A stretch of 64,000 nucleotides of DNA, taken from contig NC_135665.1 of NCBI RefSeq assembly GCF_964188315.1, forward strand, positions 49,352,001 through 49,416,000, written 5' to 3'. Made by a program: the position numbers and the translations under genes. The number at the start of each line of letters is the position of its first letter. Within the stretch, counting starts at the first letter, position 1. The DNA is from Podarcis muralis (Eukaryota). Shown piece by piece: positions 11,049-22,839 of the stretch. Below the pieces are notes generated by a model, which was not told where the DNA came from, did not search any database, and saw only the letters and a program-made list of their open reading frames with translations.

Positions 11049-11166
11049 CAGTGGTACCTCGGGTTAAGTACTTAATTCGTTCCAGAGGTCTGTTCTTAAC
11101 CTGAAGCAACACTTTAGCTAATGGAGCCTCCCACTGCCGTGGCGTATGTAACCCGAGGTACCACTG
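11049..11166 (+). mobile_element. MITE family A, copy 2 (118-bp deletion derivative)
   Basis: TA|CAGTGGTACCTCGGGTTA ... TAACCCGAGGTACCACTG|TA. Confidence 0.92.
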
Positions 11167-11582
11167 TACTGATAGTGACCTTTAAAACTCCAAGCAATCT
11201 GGGACCAGAATATCAAGTTCCCTTTCTTCCATTACACCACATATACTTGGCAGTATTAATTTATTTTAGCCTCCCCAGCCCTCTCAGATCACTCTCTATA
11301 TTTTAAAATTTGTTGTTGGCAGACACTCTGGGCACACCAGTGGTGGAATAGAAAGGTGGGGTATCAATACTTTAAACAAAATATATATCTAAGTAAAGCT
11401 GAAAAAGGCTTACTTTACATTAGAGTGGTTGGGGAAACCCAGCCATATCGGCGGGGTATAAAGAAGAAGGAGGAGGAGGAGGAGAAGGAGGGAGGAGGAG
11501 ATGATGTTGATTTTGGATCTGCATGTATATTCTCTACAATAGTATGATTTCAAAAAGCAAGAAATATATCTGTTATACTAAC

Positions 11583-11814
11583 CACCATGAGGGTCCAATC
11601 GGTAAACAGGATCATACTGAGGATAAAGTGTGTTCTGTAAGTGAAATTTAGTGTATTGAATAACTCTTTCTATTACATCTTCAATATATACAGCTTTGGG
11701 CATGTTGGGTGATGTCATAATGTTGATAGCTGTAAGACAGGCATCTGCAGATTTTGTGACTCTCTCCATGATCAAGTCTCTCCATAATCTTTCCTCATCT
11801 TCAGTGTCGTTATT
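11583..11814 (-). CDS. NIPBL: NIPBL exon 17 (232 nt), NNDTEDEERLWRDLIMERVTKSADACL...YDPVYRLDPHG(G)
   Basis: Overlaps ORF 11578..11775; acceptor TTTCTGCAG; donor G|GTTAGT. Confidence 0.98.
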
Positions 11815-12548
11815 CTGCAGAAAAATTCAGAGTGCTAAGTTTAAAAGAAAACATTTTTAAAAAGCAATCAGAGAAAATAAATATGAGCAAAATTTACGCA
11901 GCAATAGTTAATATATCAATATGAAAAAGTTTAGTGATTACTCGTATTTTAAAACCTCCCAATAGCCAAATACAAACCAGGAATCTCTGTGATATATTTC
12001 ACAATGCTACAATCTCAGAAAAACCCTTCCTGAAGTACAGTTGCCAACTTTTTCACCAGCCGTGCTCTTGCGTCTAATCAGCCAGGGCTTTTTTCTGGTT
12101 ACTAAGCCTCACCCAAAATGACCCTGCAGAATGACAACAGTGAGTGAGGCTCACACTGCTCATGGAAGTATTGGAGCCTTACTCAGTATTTCTTCATCCA
12201 TTGAGATAAACTCTTATAGATAAAAAAATATTTTATCTTATCTGATATAAAAAATTCTGCTCTTTTCCATCTTCTGTTAACCAAGTAGGGAACCATGTCA
12301 GGAAGGAAGAAGCAACACAAAAACAGAGAAAAGTCACTCTGGAAAAGTTCCTGTTCCAACTAAGGAATCTGAATTTCCAATGCAAGTGCATTCAGCTATT
12401 TCCAGTAACAGGGAAGTAAGAGCATTACCTCCCTCTCAAAGTGGAAGGTAAAAAAGTCACTCTAAAGTCTAATTCTGTGGAATTTAGCATGATGTGGATA
12501 AGGCATTCTATAGAGGTCACAGCACTTTGCTACAGTATTCCTTTAGGC

Positions 12549-12734
12549 CAGGGGTTGTCAACCTGGTCCCTACCACCCACAAGTGGGCATTTCAGGATTC
12601 TAGGTGGGCGGTAGGGGGTTCTACGGCACAAGATGAATCCTTCTTCCATTGAGCACTGGTGGGCGGTTAGGACATTTTATCATCAAGAAAGATGCATTAG
12701 TGGCCAGTAGGTATAAAAAGGTTGACCACCCCTG
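12549..12734. mobile_element. hAT-type MITE (186 bp)
   Basis: TIR CAGGGGTTGTCAACCT / AGGTTGACCACCCCTG; perfect 8-bp TSD CTTTAGGC at 12541-12548 and 12735-12742. Confidence 0.92.
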
Positions 12735-13920
12735 CTTTAGGCAAACCAACAGAAAGAGAAAAAATAGAATGTAGATCTTGACACAAGTCAGTCACAGAAG
12801 TCAGTTAAGTCAGTTACAATAATGGAAAAAGACCTTTGAGAACAAAAAACATGCAGATATATCACTGATTGAGAAATATAGAGCAATATGCATGTATGTA
12901 AACTGTCCATCCCAAGCCTTCAGCTGAGTTTACATTTCAAAATAAAAATTGGACACTAGAGGGCAGGCATATGCCAACTCTAGGCTTGAGAGGTCCAGAA
13001 TTCCTGTTTTCCACAGATGCATGTTTAGACTTTACACTTTCCGTGTCAAATTCAAGAAAGGTAGCCACAGTCTTCTGCTAGAGTAAATACAAATAGCCTT
13101 GGTTAGCATCTGTGATTCCCTCAGTGTGTGCATTGCTAAGTGAGCGAAAGCCTTTTGCACTGCAGCCACCAACATTAAGAAGGAAGAGTAGAAGAGGTCA
13201 GGGAGAAGGAAATTGAATGGAGGGGGGTGGGGAGAAGGAAACAGATGTGAGGCAGAAAAAAGTAACAAAATGGGATTACCACAGAAGCCTAGGTAATGGG
13301 AAGAGATAGTTGGGGGGTAATACATTGGTTACAGAGGGAATACAGAAAAGTATATAGACTGCAGAGATAACAGAAAGATAACAAATGGGATACAAAGGTA
13401 TCTGGAAATGGGAGCAGAAAGTGGGGAGGCTAGAGAGGAGAATGCAGGTCTGTGGTGGTATAAAGAAAGAAAAGTCTCAACTTGGAGAGAGATAATAAAC
13501 AGCAGTATGGGACATGGAGAAATGAAAGGTCAAAACACTGGCTAGTTAAAATTATAACATGATGCTTGTCTTCAGTTAACGTATCAGTGATGTCCTGTTG
13601 ATAAAATATAAACAAATCATTTGTGGTTATTCGAGTTGTGCATACCTAGACTAGTGGAACCTCTATTTCAATTTAAAGAGGCTCTCTGTAGAAATGACTT
13701 CCTAGTAAGTTACTTAGACTAGATATTATTTTCTCTATGTGACATTCTCAGCTGAGGTTGGTAGCAATGTCACAGTATACTCCATGCCATTTGAACCAGC
13801 CTTATTAGGATTCCTCAAGTGCAGTCTCCAGTTCAGAAGGAGAGCTGGAGAGGCTATTTCTAGCCTCTCAATTAATGTATAAAATAAATACAATGATACT
13901 AGCATCATTTAGCAACTTAC

Positions 13921-14007
13921 ATGGTTAAGAAGAGTAGAAAGCTTTGAACCATCTTGAATATTCTTCTCCAATATGTTCAGGACTTTCACTGTTTTTTCTG
14001 TTGAAAG
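13921..14007 (-). CDS. NIPBL: NIPBL exon 16 (87 nt), LSTEKTVKVLNILEKNIQDGSKLSTLLNH
   Basis: Acceptor TTTTTAG; donor CAT|GTAAGT. Confidence 0.97.
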
Positions 14008-14076
14008 CTAAAAACAGAACATTTTATCTACCAATTATCCTTCATGGATATGATCATCTCTATGTCCACCATTTTA

Positions 14077-14437
14077 GGGACGCGGGTGGTGCTGTGGGTA
14101 AAAGTCTCAGCGCCTAGGGCTTGCCGATCAAAAGGTCGGCGGTTCGAATCCCCGCAGCGGGGTGCGCTCCCGTTGCTCGGTCCCAGCGCCTGCCAACCTA
14201 GCAGTTCGAAAGCACCCCTGGGTGCAAGTAGATAAATAGGGACCGCTTACTAGCGGGAAGGTAAACGGCGTTTCCGTGTGCGGCTCTGGCTCGCCAGATG
14301 CAGCTTTGTCACGCTGGCCACGTGACCCGGAAGTGTCTCCGGACAGCGCTGGCCCCCGGCCTCTTAAGTGAGATGGGCGCACAACCCTAGAGTCTGTCAA
14401 GACTGGCCCGTATGGGCAGGGGTACCTTTACCTTTAC
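14077..14437 (+). mobile_element. Full-length Sauria (POM-type) SINE
   Basis: tRNA-derived head with B box GGTTCGAATCC; (ACCTTT)n tail; 15-bp TSD CTATGTCCACCATTT at 14060-14074 and 14438-14452; CpG-rich. Confidence 0.93.
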
Positions 14438-15033
14438 CTATGTCCACCATTTGGACTTATAAACGGAGTAGTGTCTTTCATCCGCAAATTGCGTATCCTT
14501 CCTTTCACTTGCCAATTAAAAAAGGAATGGCTCCAAATAAAATTGGAAGTAGATCCTAGTTCAGCTCAAGGTTAGGATTTGGAGGGGGGACTGTCTCCTA
14601 GTGCCCAGACAGAGTTTGGACTAGACTGCAGGCAACTCTCAAGTTACATTCGGATTATGTTCCAGATAGCGCCTAAAGCCAAAATAATGTATCGTCAAAA
14701 CCCATGGGGTTCTTGAGTGGGTGGGCTTCCCAAACGGGTTTTTTTCCTGGATGCTCACCCCATTTTTACCATCTTTTAAATTTATTTTAATTTCTTAATT
14801 TGCCAAGAGCATAAAGCTGAATGTGTATAAGTTGTGAGTTACCAAAACAAATAATAAATGCTTCTACATTTAACTGTCAGCACACACTTGTCTTTTACAT
14901 TTTGTCCCAAATGCCCCGGAGATTAAAAGAGCTCTCAGATAACATCTCTTCCAGAAGAAAAATATTTGTTGAAGAATCCCTCTGTGAACAAAAATCTGCT
15001 GCATTCTTCATTTTTAAGGCAGCAATAACTTAC

Positions 15034-15137
15034 CCTGTCCATAATGCCCATTGCCTTAATTTTAGCAGATTCGCTGCCCAATTCGCTAAGCTGATGCTTT
15101 CCCAATAAAAACTCCTGAGGAATTTCATCATCATCAC
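15034..15137 (-). CDS. NIPBL: NIPBL exon 15 (104 nt), (G)DDDEIPQEFLLGKHQLSELGSESAKIKAMGIMDR
   Basis: Acceptor CTTCTTCTTTAG; donor AGG|GTAAGT. Confidence 0.97.
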
Positions 15138-16355
15138 CTAAAGAAGAAGAAATTGAAAGATTTCATTTTTCTTTTCAATGCAGCAGCATGACAGAGCCAT
15201 TTTAAAGATAGACATCAATATCTCAAGAAAGTTATAGCTGTTGTTTTTATTTTACCTTTGTTCCTTATTTTTCCAGTTTTCAGTTCACCTTAGTTGTGTA
15301 TCAGTTTGCTTTTTTTTTTAAGTCCACTAATAATTTGTGTGCATTTTACGTAATATATACTTTTTGTATGCAAATTTGCCTAATATATGCATTTCTGTGT
15401 ACACTCTCCCCAAATATATGCTTTTTTATAAGCATATTTTTGTTGCAGAAATGCATCACAGTTCATGTATCAGTTTGGGAGATGTGATTACGAAGAATGT
15501 GAGCCCAACTAATTTCTCCATCCTTCTCAACTACAGAAGTATAGGCTAGAAGACTGTCTCTCAAAACCTCGCTCAGAGTTTCTCAAAATGCTCCATAGAT
15601 CAGCTCCATTCAATTGGTCCATTGAAACATTGCTGAAGAATTGAGAAGTTAGGAACTTTAAATTTTTGTGATGACAGAAACTGAAGCTGTTTTGAGCAGG
15701 GCTGAATTATCAAGCAGGCTAACAAGACCATAATCTAAGGTTCATGATCCAGGGGGACCCCCTATGCCATTCCATGGTTTAATATGAATGAGCAGTGTGT
15801 TGCGCATGCTGCTCAAAAGTCTTGGCTTTGATCCTTCTGTGTGACTTGAATGCTGGAAACAAATCATAAGTATTGGCATGTTGTCAAACAAACCTTGGCT
15901 CACATTTTGTTTCCCCCCAACGAAACACAAGTGGTATACAGAAGATGACTTAGCTACTATTCATGGTTTATTTAGTGAGAAGCAAACCACAAGCCTGAGT
16001 CTAGATGACACAACAAGCTGCTCCTGGTGCAGCCAAGAAAGCAGGAGGAGCGAAGTGGTGACTCCATCAGTACACTGCTCAATTGCATAAAACAATTAAG
16101 GTGTAAATGATGTGTAAACATAGCCAATGTCTGCAAGTACAGCAGTTAGAGATCCCTGGCAAAAGTTGGATAAAAAAACCCCTGAATTTCAGAACAAAAG
16201 TCTAAGCAACACAATCATTCCACCCTGTCTAAACAGGAATTCTTGTGCTGGTTGCAATGACTATTCCTTCTTGAATTCTCAAGCAGTGCCATGGGGAGGG
16301 GGAGTTTTAGGAAAATAGTGTTCAAGTCCACTGAAGATGTCAGTCAAAAAGGCCG

Positions 16356-16378
16356 ATATATATATATATATATATATA
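16356..16378. repeat. (AT)n microsatellite
   Basis: Read directly. Confidence 0.97.
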
Positions 16379-16417
16379 GCAATCTATGTATCATTTGATA
16401 GGAAAAGGATTATTTAC

Positions 16418-16507
16418 CAAATGCAGTATAATCCATGTCTTCCAAATTGTCCAAAATATTTTCTACTGAAGCGCTGAACCTCTTGAAGGTAGACGAATCC
16501 ATCATTT
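16418..16507 (-). CDS. NIPBL: NIPBL exon 14 (90 nt), (E)MMDSSTFKRFSASVENILDNLEDMDYTAF(G)
   Basis: Acceptor TTTTTATTAG; donor G|GTAAAT; 105-nt intron from exon 13. Confidence 0.97.
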
Positions 16508-16612
16508 CTAATAAAAATATGAAGTATAGTATATTTGAGCCATGGTCAATTAATGGCAACTAACAATGACAAAGACATTAAAGGTAGGAAACAACGGTAG
16601 CAGCAACCTTAC

Positions 16613-16684
16613 CTTCTGGTGTTAGCTTTGGTTCATAAGCTTTCCTCTTCTTTTGTTTCTCTCTTTTCTTCATTTTTCTAGCCA
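16613..16684 (-). CDS. NIPBL: NIPBL exon 13 (72 nt), (V)ARKMKKREKQKKRKAYEPKLTPE(E); basic NLS-like stretch
   Basis: Acceptor TTTTAAG; donor G|GTAAGG. Confidence 0.97.
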
Positions 16685-17504
16685 CTTAAAATATAAAATA
16701 GAACATTTCCACAAATGTTTTCTTATATGGCAATGCACAGATTGTGTTCAGACATCACAATAATCATGGTTTATGGAGATGGGAATGAGCCCAGCCTCCT
16801 CCCTGCCCCATATGTTCTCCTCTACTCCTGCTGCATGGCTGTGAGAGGAGACAGGAAACTTTTGCTTCCGCTTTCAGTTACCTGAAGCTTAGCATTATGT
16901 CCAAACCCTAAACTGAGGTTAATCTTAATTATGGGTTGTTGAAATAAACTAGCTTCACAGCCAAGGTTAACAGCTTCCAAGCAAGCCAGGATCACAATCC
17001 AAATTTAAACCATGTTTGACTTCCAAATCCTGACTTGTTTCAAAGCCATTAACCATAGCTCCTGGTTCACATGAATGGAAAGCTATGGACAATTGCAGCT
17101 TCCTGGTTTGTTTTGTTGCCTACATAAAAGGAGAAGCGATGCAGGGGCTATGTGTAAGTACATACAGCTCATGTATTATTGTGGCTTATTAAGCCAAGAT
17201 TTCATTGTGTGAGTGCAGTAATTCTTAGTTTCAGGTAGCTGTGTCACATGTAATCAATCTCAAAAACTTCCACACTCCTCCTTGGGGACATACTGGAGTA
17301 GAAGAGGAATACAAGCCAGGGGAGACTAGGCTTCTTCCTGTCACTATAAAGTATGGTTTATCATGACATTCAATATGACCAATACAACTTTAAAACTATC
17401 TGTCAATAAGTCAGGTTTTTAAGAATACTTTTTTTAAAAAATTAAGCCTTAGGAAAAAATTATCACTAATGTGAGAGCAAGTTTAACAGTGGTGTGATAA
17501 TTAC

Positions 17505-17708
17505 CCTCACTGAGGCTAGGAGGGGGAGAATAATCATCTACATCTGAGTCTTCTGGACTACGATTGCGATATCGACTGCTACCAGAGCTCCTCCTTCCTT
17601 CATGATAGTGGCTACTCCTTTTATGGTCTCCAGAAGCTCGTCTGTCATGTTCTTCATATTGCCAAGCTTTATCATCCTCTCTATCCTTTTTATGCCTTTT
17701 CCGAGAAG
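17505..17708 (-). CDS. NIPBL: NIPBL exon 12 (204 nt), (T)SRKRHKKDREDDKAWQYEEHDRR...YSPPPSLSE(V)
   Basis: Acceptor TTTCTAG; donor G|GTAATT; manual translation. Confidence 0.96.
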
Positions 17709-19254
17709 CTAGAAATTAACACACTGTTATGAATGCAAAGTCCAGTTTAAAGAAACTCAACTTATCTTCCAGCTAGGAGCAATTCACAAGCATGTTTTCA
17801 CTTCTTTCTTGGTGCAGTAGTAATCATGGAGAACAAACTGATAAAGCTCAAGTTGCTAAATTCTACTGAAAGTTTTCAAGCACAGTATTCAATATACAGA
17901 AACACAGACACCCATCCTTTCCTGTTTCTGCTCCCAAAAGCTTTTTCAACCTTGTATTTCTTGTCTAAGGTATTGCTGTGCTTACCTGGGCTTCATCTCT
18001 CACCTTCGATTTTTGGGTCAAGATCTGTATAAGCTATTATTATGGTTGATGTCTGACTTTCATTTGCTGTTTTCACTTCAGAAATTCCCACTGCTAAATA
18101 TATAGGCTGAAGTGTGGGTTGTTTTTGTTTGTTTGTTTGTTTGTTTGAGGTAGTGCTAGTGGTAGTTTTTTTTTTTTTTTAAATTAAGCAGCAACATCCC
18201 AGATGTGCATGCAGAACTGACTTGTGTGCCAGCCACTTCTTTGAAACCTTGATGCTGTTGCAGAATTCCTTTACTTACATTATTTCTCTTGCTCACTGAA
18301 ACAAACATGTTCTCTCTTCTTTACCATTTTCATCCCTGGCTCCAAATCTCATCAGGTGTTCAGTTTATATGTCTGATTCTCACTTTTCAGGCTCTCAAAA
18401 GTTGGAGGGGGGCCCTTAAAAATATATATATTGATGTTCCTGCCTGGACTCTACATTAATCTGACCCTCTTCTTGATAGACCTAATGTCTCTTATTCCAT
18501 CAAACTTCTGCAACCTTTCTGCAACCTTTCTTCTTTTGCCTCTCCCTTAATAAGAAAATTAGTATGTTCCAGAAAAGTTTCAAAATGTAAGTTTGAATTT
18601 CCCTCCTATGCCTTTTCTCCCTCTTACTCTTTATAAAAATTGCCTATTGGTTGAAATTAGTGTTCCTTGACTGGATAAAACTGTGTATCTCTAGCTTCAG
18701 TTACTGAAAGGTATACTTTTTAGCTAAAACTTTAATTTTCATTTCAAGACCAAGGACACCATTATCTGTATTATTACTTTCAATTTTCCCCTAATTCTTT
18801 TAATTTTGTTTTAGAAATACAATCAAATCGCAAAACACTTTGTTTAGGGGCCTATTCATTTTATCTTCTTGTAAATAAAGCGTATCTGTAGCACCATGAA
18901 AGTAGTAGGACAGGAACCCAGAAGTAGGCATGTGCATGTTATTTTCCACTCCAAAATTTTTCAAACCCTTCCACTGAACCATAAAACCTTTCTTCTGATG
19001 TTTCTTTACATTTTGTTCACTTTTTGCTCAGTTTCTAGGAAGGGAAGGAAAACATAGTAAGCCATCTTTTTCAGCCCAACTAGTTCATTAAAGGTGATTA
19101 AATTTTCTATAAAACACAACTTCCTGAAGCACCACAGATGAGTTCTCAAAATAAATTTGTTTACTGTTTAAAGAAAAAGAGCCATGTATGAGTTCCATGA
19201 CTGCGTTTATCTCTGTATTGTAGTGAATTCCTATTAAGTGACCTTTGTCTAAGT

Positions 19255-19390
19255 CAGGCATAGGCAAACTCAGCTCTCCAGATGTTTTCGGACTACAACT
19301 CCCATCATCCCAAGCTAACAGGACCAGTGGTCAGGGATGATGGGAGTTGTAGTCCCAAAATATCTGGAGGGCCGAGTTTGCCTATGCCTT
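19255..19390. mobile_element. Palindromic hAT-type MITE (136 bp)
   Basis: About 57-bp inverted arms CAGGCATAGGCAAAC...CCCATCATCCC; 8-bp TSD GTCTAAGT at 19247-19254 and 19391-19398. Confidence 0.9.
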
Positions 19391-19819
19391 GTCTAAGTTA
19401 TTTCCCCAAGAGTTGCCATACTACACCAGCATACCTCAACACAGCCTACTATAGTTTCCTGAATATGTCTACAGTACCCTACACAAGAAAACCATCCAGA
19501 CTTGTGAAGGAGAGCCAGTAGCTAAATTCTGTCTCAGCTCCTATTTGCTTTTATCTAAGGTACTCAAAATGTGACCCTGCAGGTTACTTAGCTGTTTCCT
19601 TACTATGCTGAATCAGGAAGTGATTCACTTCAGACACTGGGTTACTCGATGAGGACCACAGAATGCTGGGAATGTGTACACCTACTTGCCCCCCCCCCCA
19701 TGTGAACTACCCTGGCCTCATCCTTGCTCATCTGGCAGGACTGATTAGGAAGACACCATAAACCATTTTTAACACAATATATCGCCGTTATCAAAATGAG
19801 AAATCACCACTCTACTTAC

Positions 19820-20002
19820 TTTCAAAAGCTACTTCACTGTCATTGTCATCATCAGAACTGATTTCAGCGTATTTTGGTTTTTCATTTACTGTGCTACGCT
19901 TACGTTTGTTCATTTTCACTCGTTCACAGAGAGGCATGGTAGATTCAATTTCTGCTAGGAGTTCTGGAGGTAATTCCTTTAACACTGACTGATCTATGCT
20001 AC
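19820..20002 (-). CDS. NIPBL: NIPBL exon 11 (183 nt), (G)SIDQSVLKELPPELLAEIESTMPLCERVKMNKRKR...EVAFE(T)
   Basis: Within ORF 19812..20021; donor A|GTAAGT. Confidence 0.98.
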
Positions 20003-21381
20003 CTATCAATGAAGAGTACACTGTGAGTGAATAAGGTTCAAAACAAATTCATATTTGCATGTGTTGATTAGAACTTTCACCTGTCCTTTCACACAGTATC
20101 ACAATAGTTTCTAAAACTTAAAAAGTTATAGCAACTAGCAACACACAGCATTATCAACAAAAATAACTAATTCAAACTTTAAAGTACAAATTGTTAATTA
20201 AAATATCAAATCAATCAAGAGCTCTCGTTTGCAAAAAATAAAACTTTAAAAAATCATCTCCCTCTTAGAAGCAGCCTACTTCAGCATGACTCTTCATAAG
20301 CACAATACACAACATTATATTTGCAACCATTCATTACCCATTTCATATTTGCATATGTAAGCAGATTGTGCATGTAACCAGATGAAGGCAACTTTGAAAA
20401 GCTAGTTATGTTGACAAAATGCATATTTCCAACTTATAGCAGAGCAACTTTACATGCATCTTTAGATACACTGGCATCATTTACAATAAGCATACTGTAC
20501 AAACAAGTGGCAAATACATCAATAATACGGTTCAATTCAAGGACATGCCCCCTCCTGCCCTCAGCAAAGCCTTAACACAGTGAGCTGTGTTGCAACCAGC
20601 TGACAGTAACTGCTGAACTTTGAGTGAAGGTGCCTCCCACAAGTTTCTGCTCACAAAAAGTGCTTCTCTCCAACTTTTGGTGAGCCTCCCTACCCCCATA
20701 AAGACTTTCTGGGAGTCACCTTCAAATGATGTGAGAAATGAGAAATTTCCTACAGAAAAAGAAAGCATTGGAAAATTTTCTATTTCATATGTTCATTAAG
20801 AGCAATGATAGAATGTCAAATGCAAAGAAGGCAATAGGTAAGCTTGGCAGTTTCAAAGTTTTTAACTTTGTTTACTGAATACAAGCAAAGTATGCTTGCT
20901 AAATCAGATCATTCTCTCTAGTCTCTGCTCCCCTCCTGTACTATTTATCCACAGTGAGCTGCAACATAACCACTGTGAAAACAAGGATCTTTCTCCAGTT
21001 ATGAGAAATGAGACATTACCCTTCTCTAACAGAACAAATGACTGAGGATGAGATAAAACTCACAGACAGCTCTTCTCCCACTTTGACCACCTGATGCACA
21101 CTTCCACCCTCTAGATTGTTCAGTTATCTAAAATGTTTAATGTATCTGTCATGAAATCTGTTCATGTGCTCAAATTAAAGCCTCTGACCCAGATATTAGT
21201 TATAGACCAGGAGCTATTTAAATAAACCAGATTTACATTAACTATCAAAGTATGCTTGTTTTACAGCTTAATTACTATTGTCTCAGGCACATCTGTGAAA
21301 GGAAATAGTTCATTTTTCGAAGTGACAATGAAATCAAGAAATAAACCCAGCTGTAGGTCTTAAATGCAGACAATAATGACA

Positions 21382-21499
21382 ACATTCACATATCACAGTG
21401 AGCCAGAAACCATGGTGTACCATGCACAAGCCCATTATACCTACTCTGCTCCTCCCTGCTTGTGCTGAGGAACAAAGCTTACCATGGACATGTGAATGT
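21382..21499. mobile_element. Possible small degraded MITE
   Basis: Inverted termini ACATTCACAT(A/G)TC / GACATGTGAATGT; no clear TSD. Confidence 0.4.
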
Positions 21500-22839
21500 A
21501 GCCATTTTTTTTAATGCTAAAATGGGAGTTGTAGTTCCAGCATCAGTGACCATACAGTAATTGCTCTGTTTAAGGATAGATCTCAATATTTTGCAACCAA
21601 ACATAGACTGAAAGCTAGCCACTCTTCTACATTCAGCTAATGTTTACAGAAATAAAGACATATAATACATTGATGCCTTCATATATATATATTTGAAATT
21701 TGCATTAATTATAGTTACACATGTGTGTGCAATGTAATAGTATCATGTTGAGCAAAAACCTTTAAAGGAAAGGATATTAATAACTGAGAAAGGACTACCA
21801 TGTGTAGAAATGAGTAAATTAGCTACAACCTGGACAAGAACAGAAATGCAAAACAAGCTGAACATGGTTAACTAGGTGTACATGGCTGATCATCTGCTTA
21901 TACTGTACAATATTTACAAAAACAAATTAATTTCCACTTTTTAGGTTGATATGCAGAATTAAACAGCACGAAATCTTCATCTGAGGCTCTTCTTTGTGTG
22001 CTTCTGTCAACTGAGCTTCAGCAGGTGGCTACAAGTGAAAGAATCTTCTTGATAGTGACACACTTCCTCCTCAAAGAATTCCAGCCGGCGCTTACTGCAA
22101 TGCCTTTTCAGCACCAAATACAGTTTTATTTTCACAAACATACTAAATCATGATTTTCCCCCTCTTTGTTTTCTTTTATCTGTTTTGATCCAAGTATACT
22201 TTGTTGATAAAGTATTAAACAGGGAAATGATTATGTAATCATTATTTCCCGAAATCTAGGCAGATTGGAGCCTTGTGAGAAATTCCAACTTTAGGACAAG
22301 CCTACACCTGGAAATTTTAGAGCCATGTTTGTTTCATTATACCAAGCTAATATTGGTCATACCAATATGAAATTAAAAGACATGACTAATTTAGACCCAT
22401 TAAAAGTCCACATTGGTTATACTTAGCTGGATAAAACAGATAGTATTGATTTTACTATTTTTCTGAAAGATGCAGCAGGTTACCACCAAAGATGAAAGCT
22501 AGGAACCCGAAGAAATAACGCCCAAGTAAATATATAATAAACTCGATTCCACAACTAGGCTGAAATAAAAACATGTACTTTTCCTGTGGGGTAGAAAATC
22601 AACACTTACAATACTTTTATCTTTGTTAAACAACCTTTTTGGATAATCAAGCTATATAAGTACAATCTAATACAAAACAATCCCTAATATGTTTACCCAT
22701 ACTGATTTAGGAAAGTCATGGTTAGGAACAACAACAACAGCAACAACAACAACAAGAAAAACCCTCTCTACCAAAATTAAAATTTAGAATAAAACACACC
22801 ACAATACTAAACATAATGGATAAAAACTTGAAAACTTAC

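Noticed and set aside
14044-14559. ORFs and a tRNA-like B box here and at 55558-55937
   Set aside because: These are SINE bodies; no cloverleaf, so not tRNA genes.
21990-22180. CpG-containing segment with donor-like GCA|GTAAGC in intron 10
   Set aside because: No convincing upstream acceptor and no open frame continuing NIPBL.
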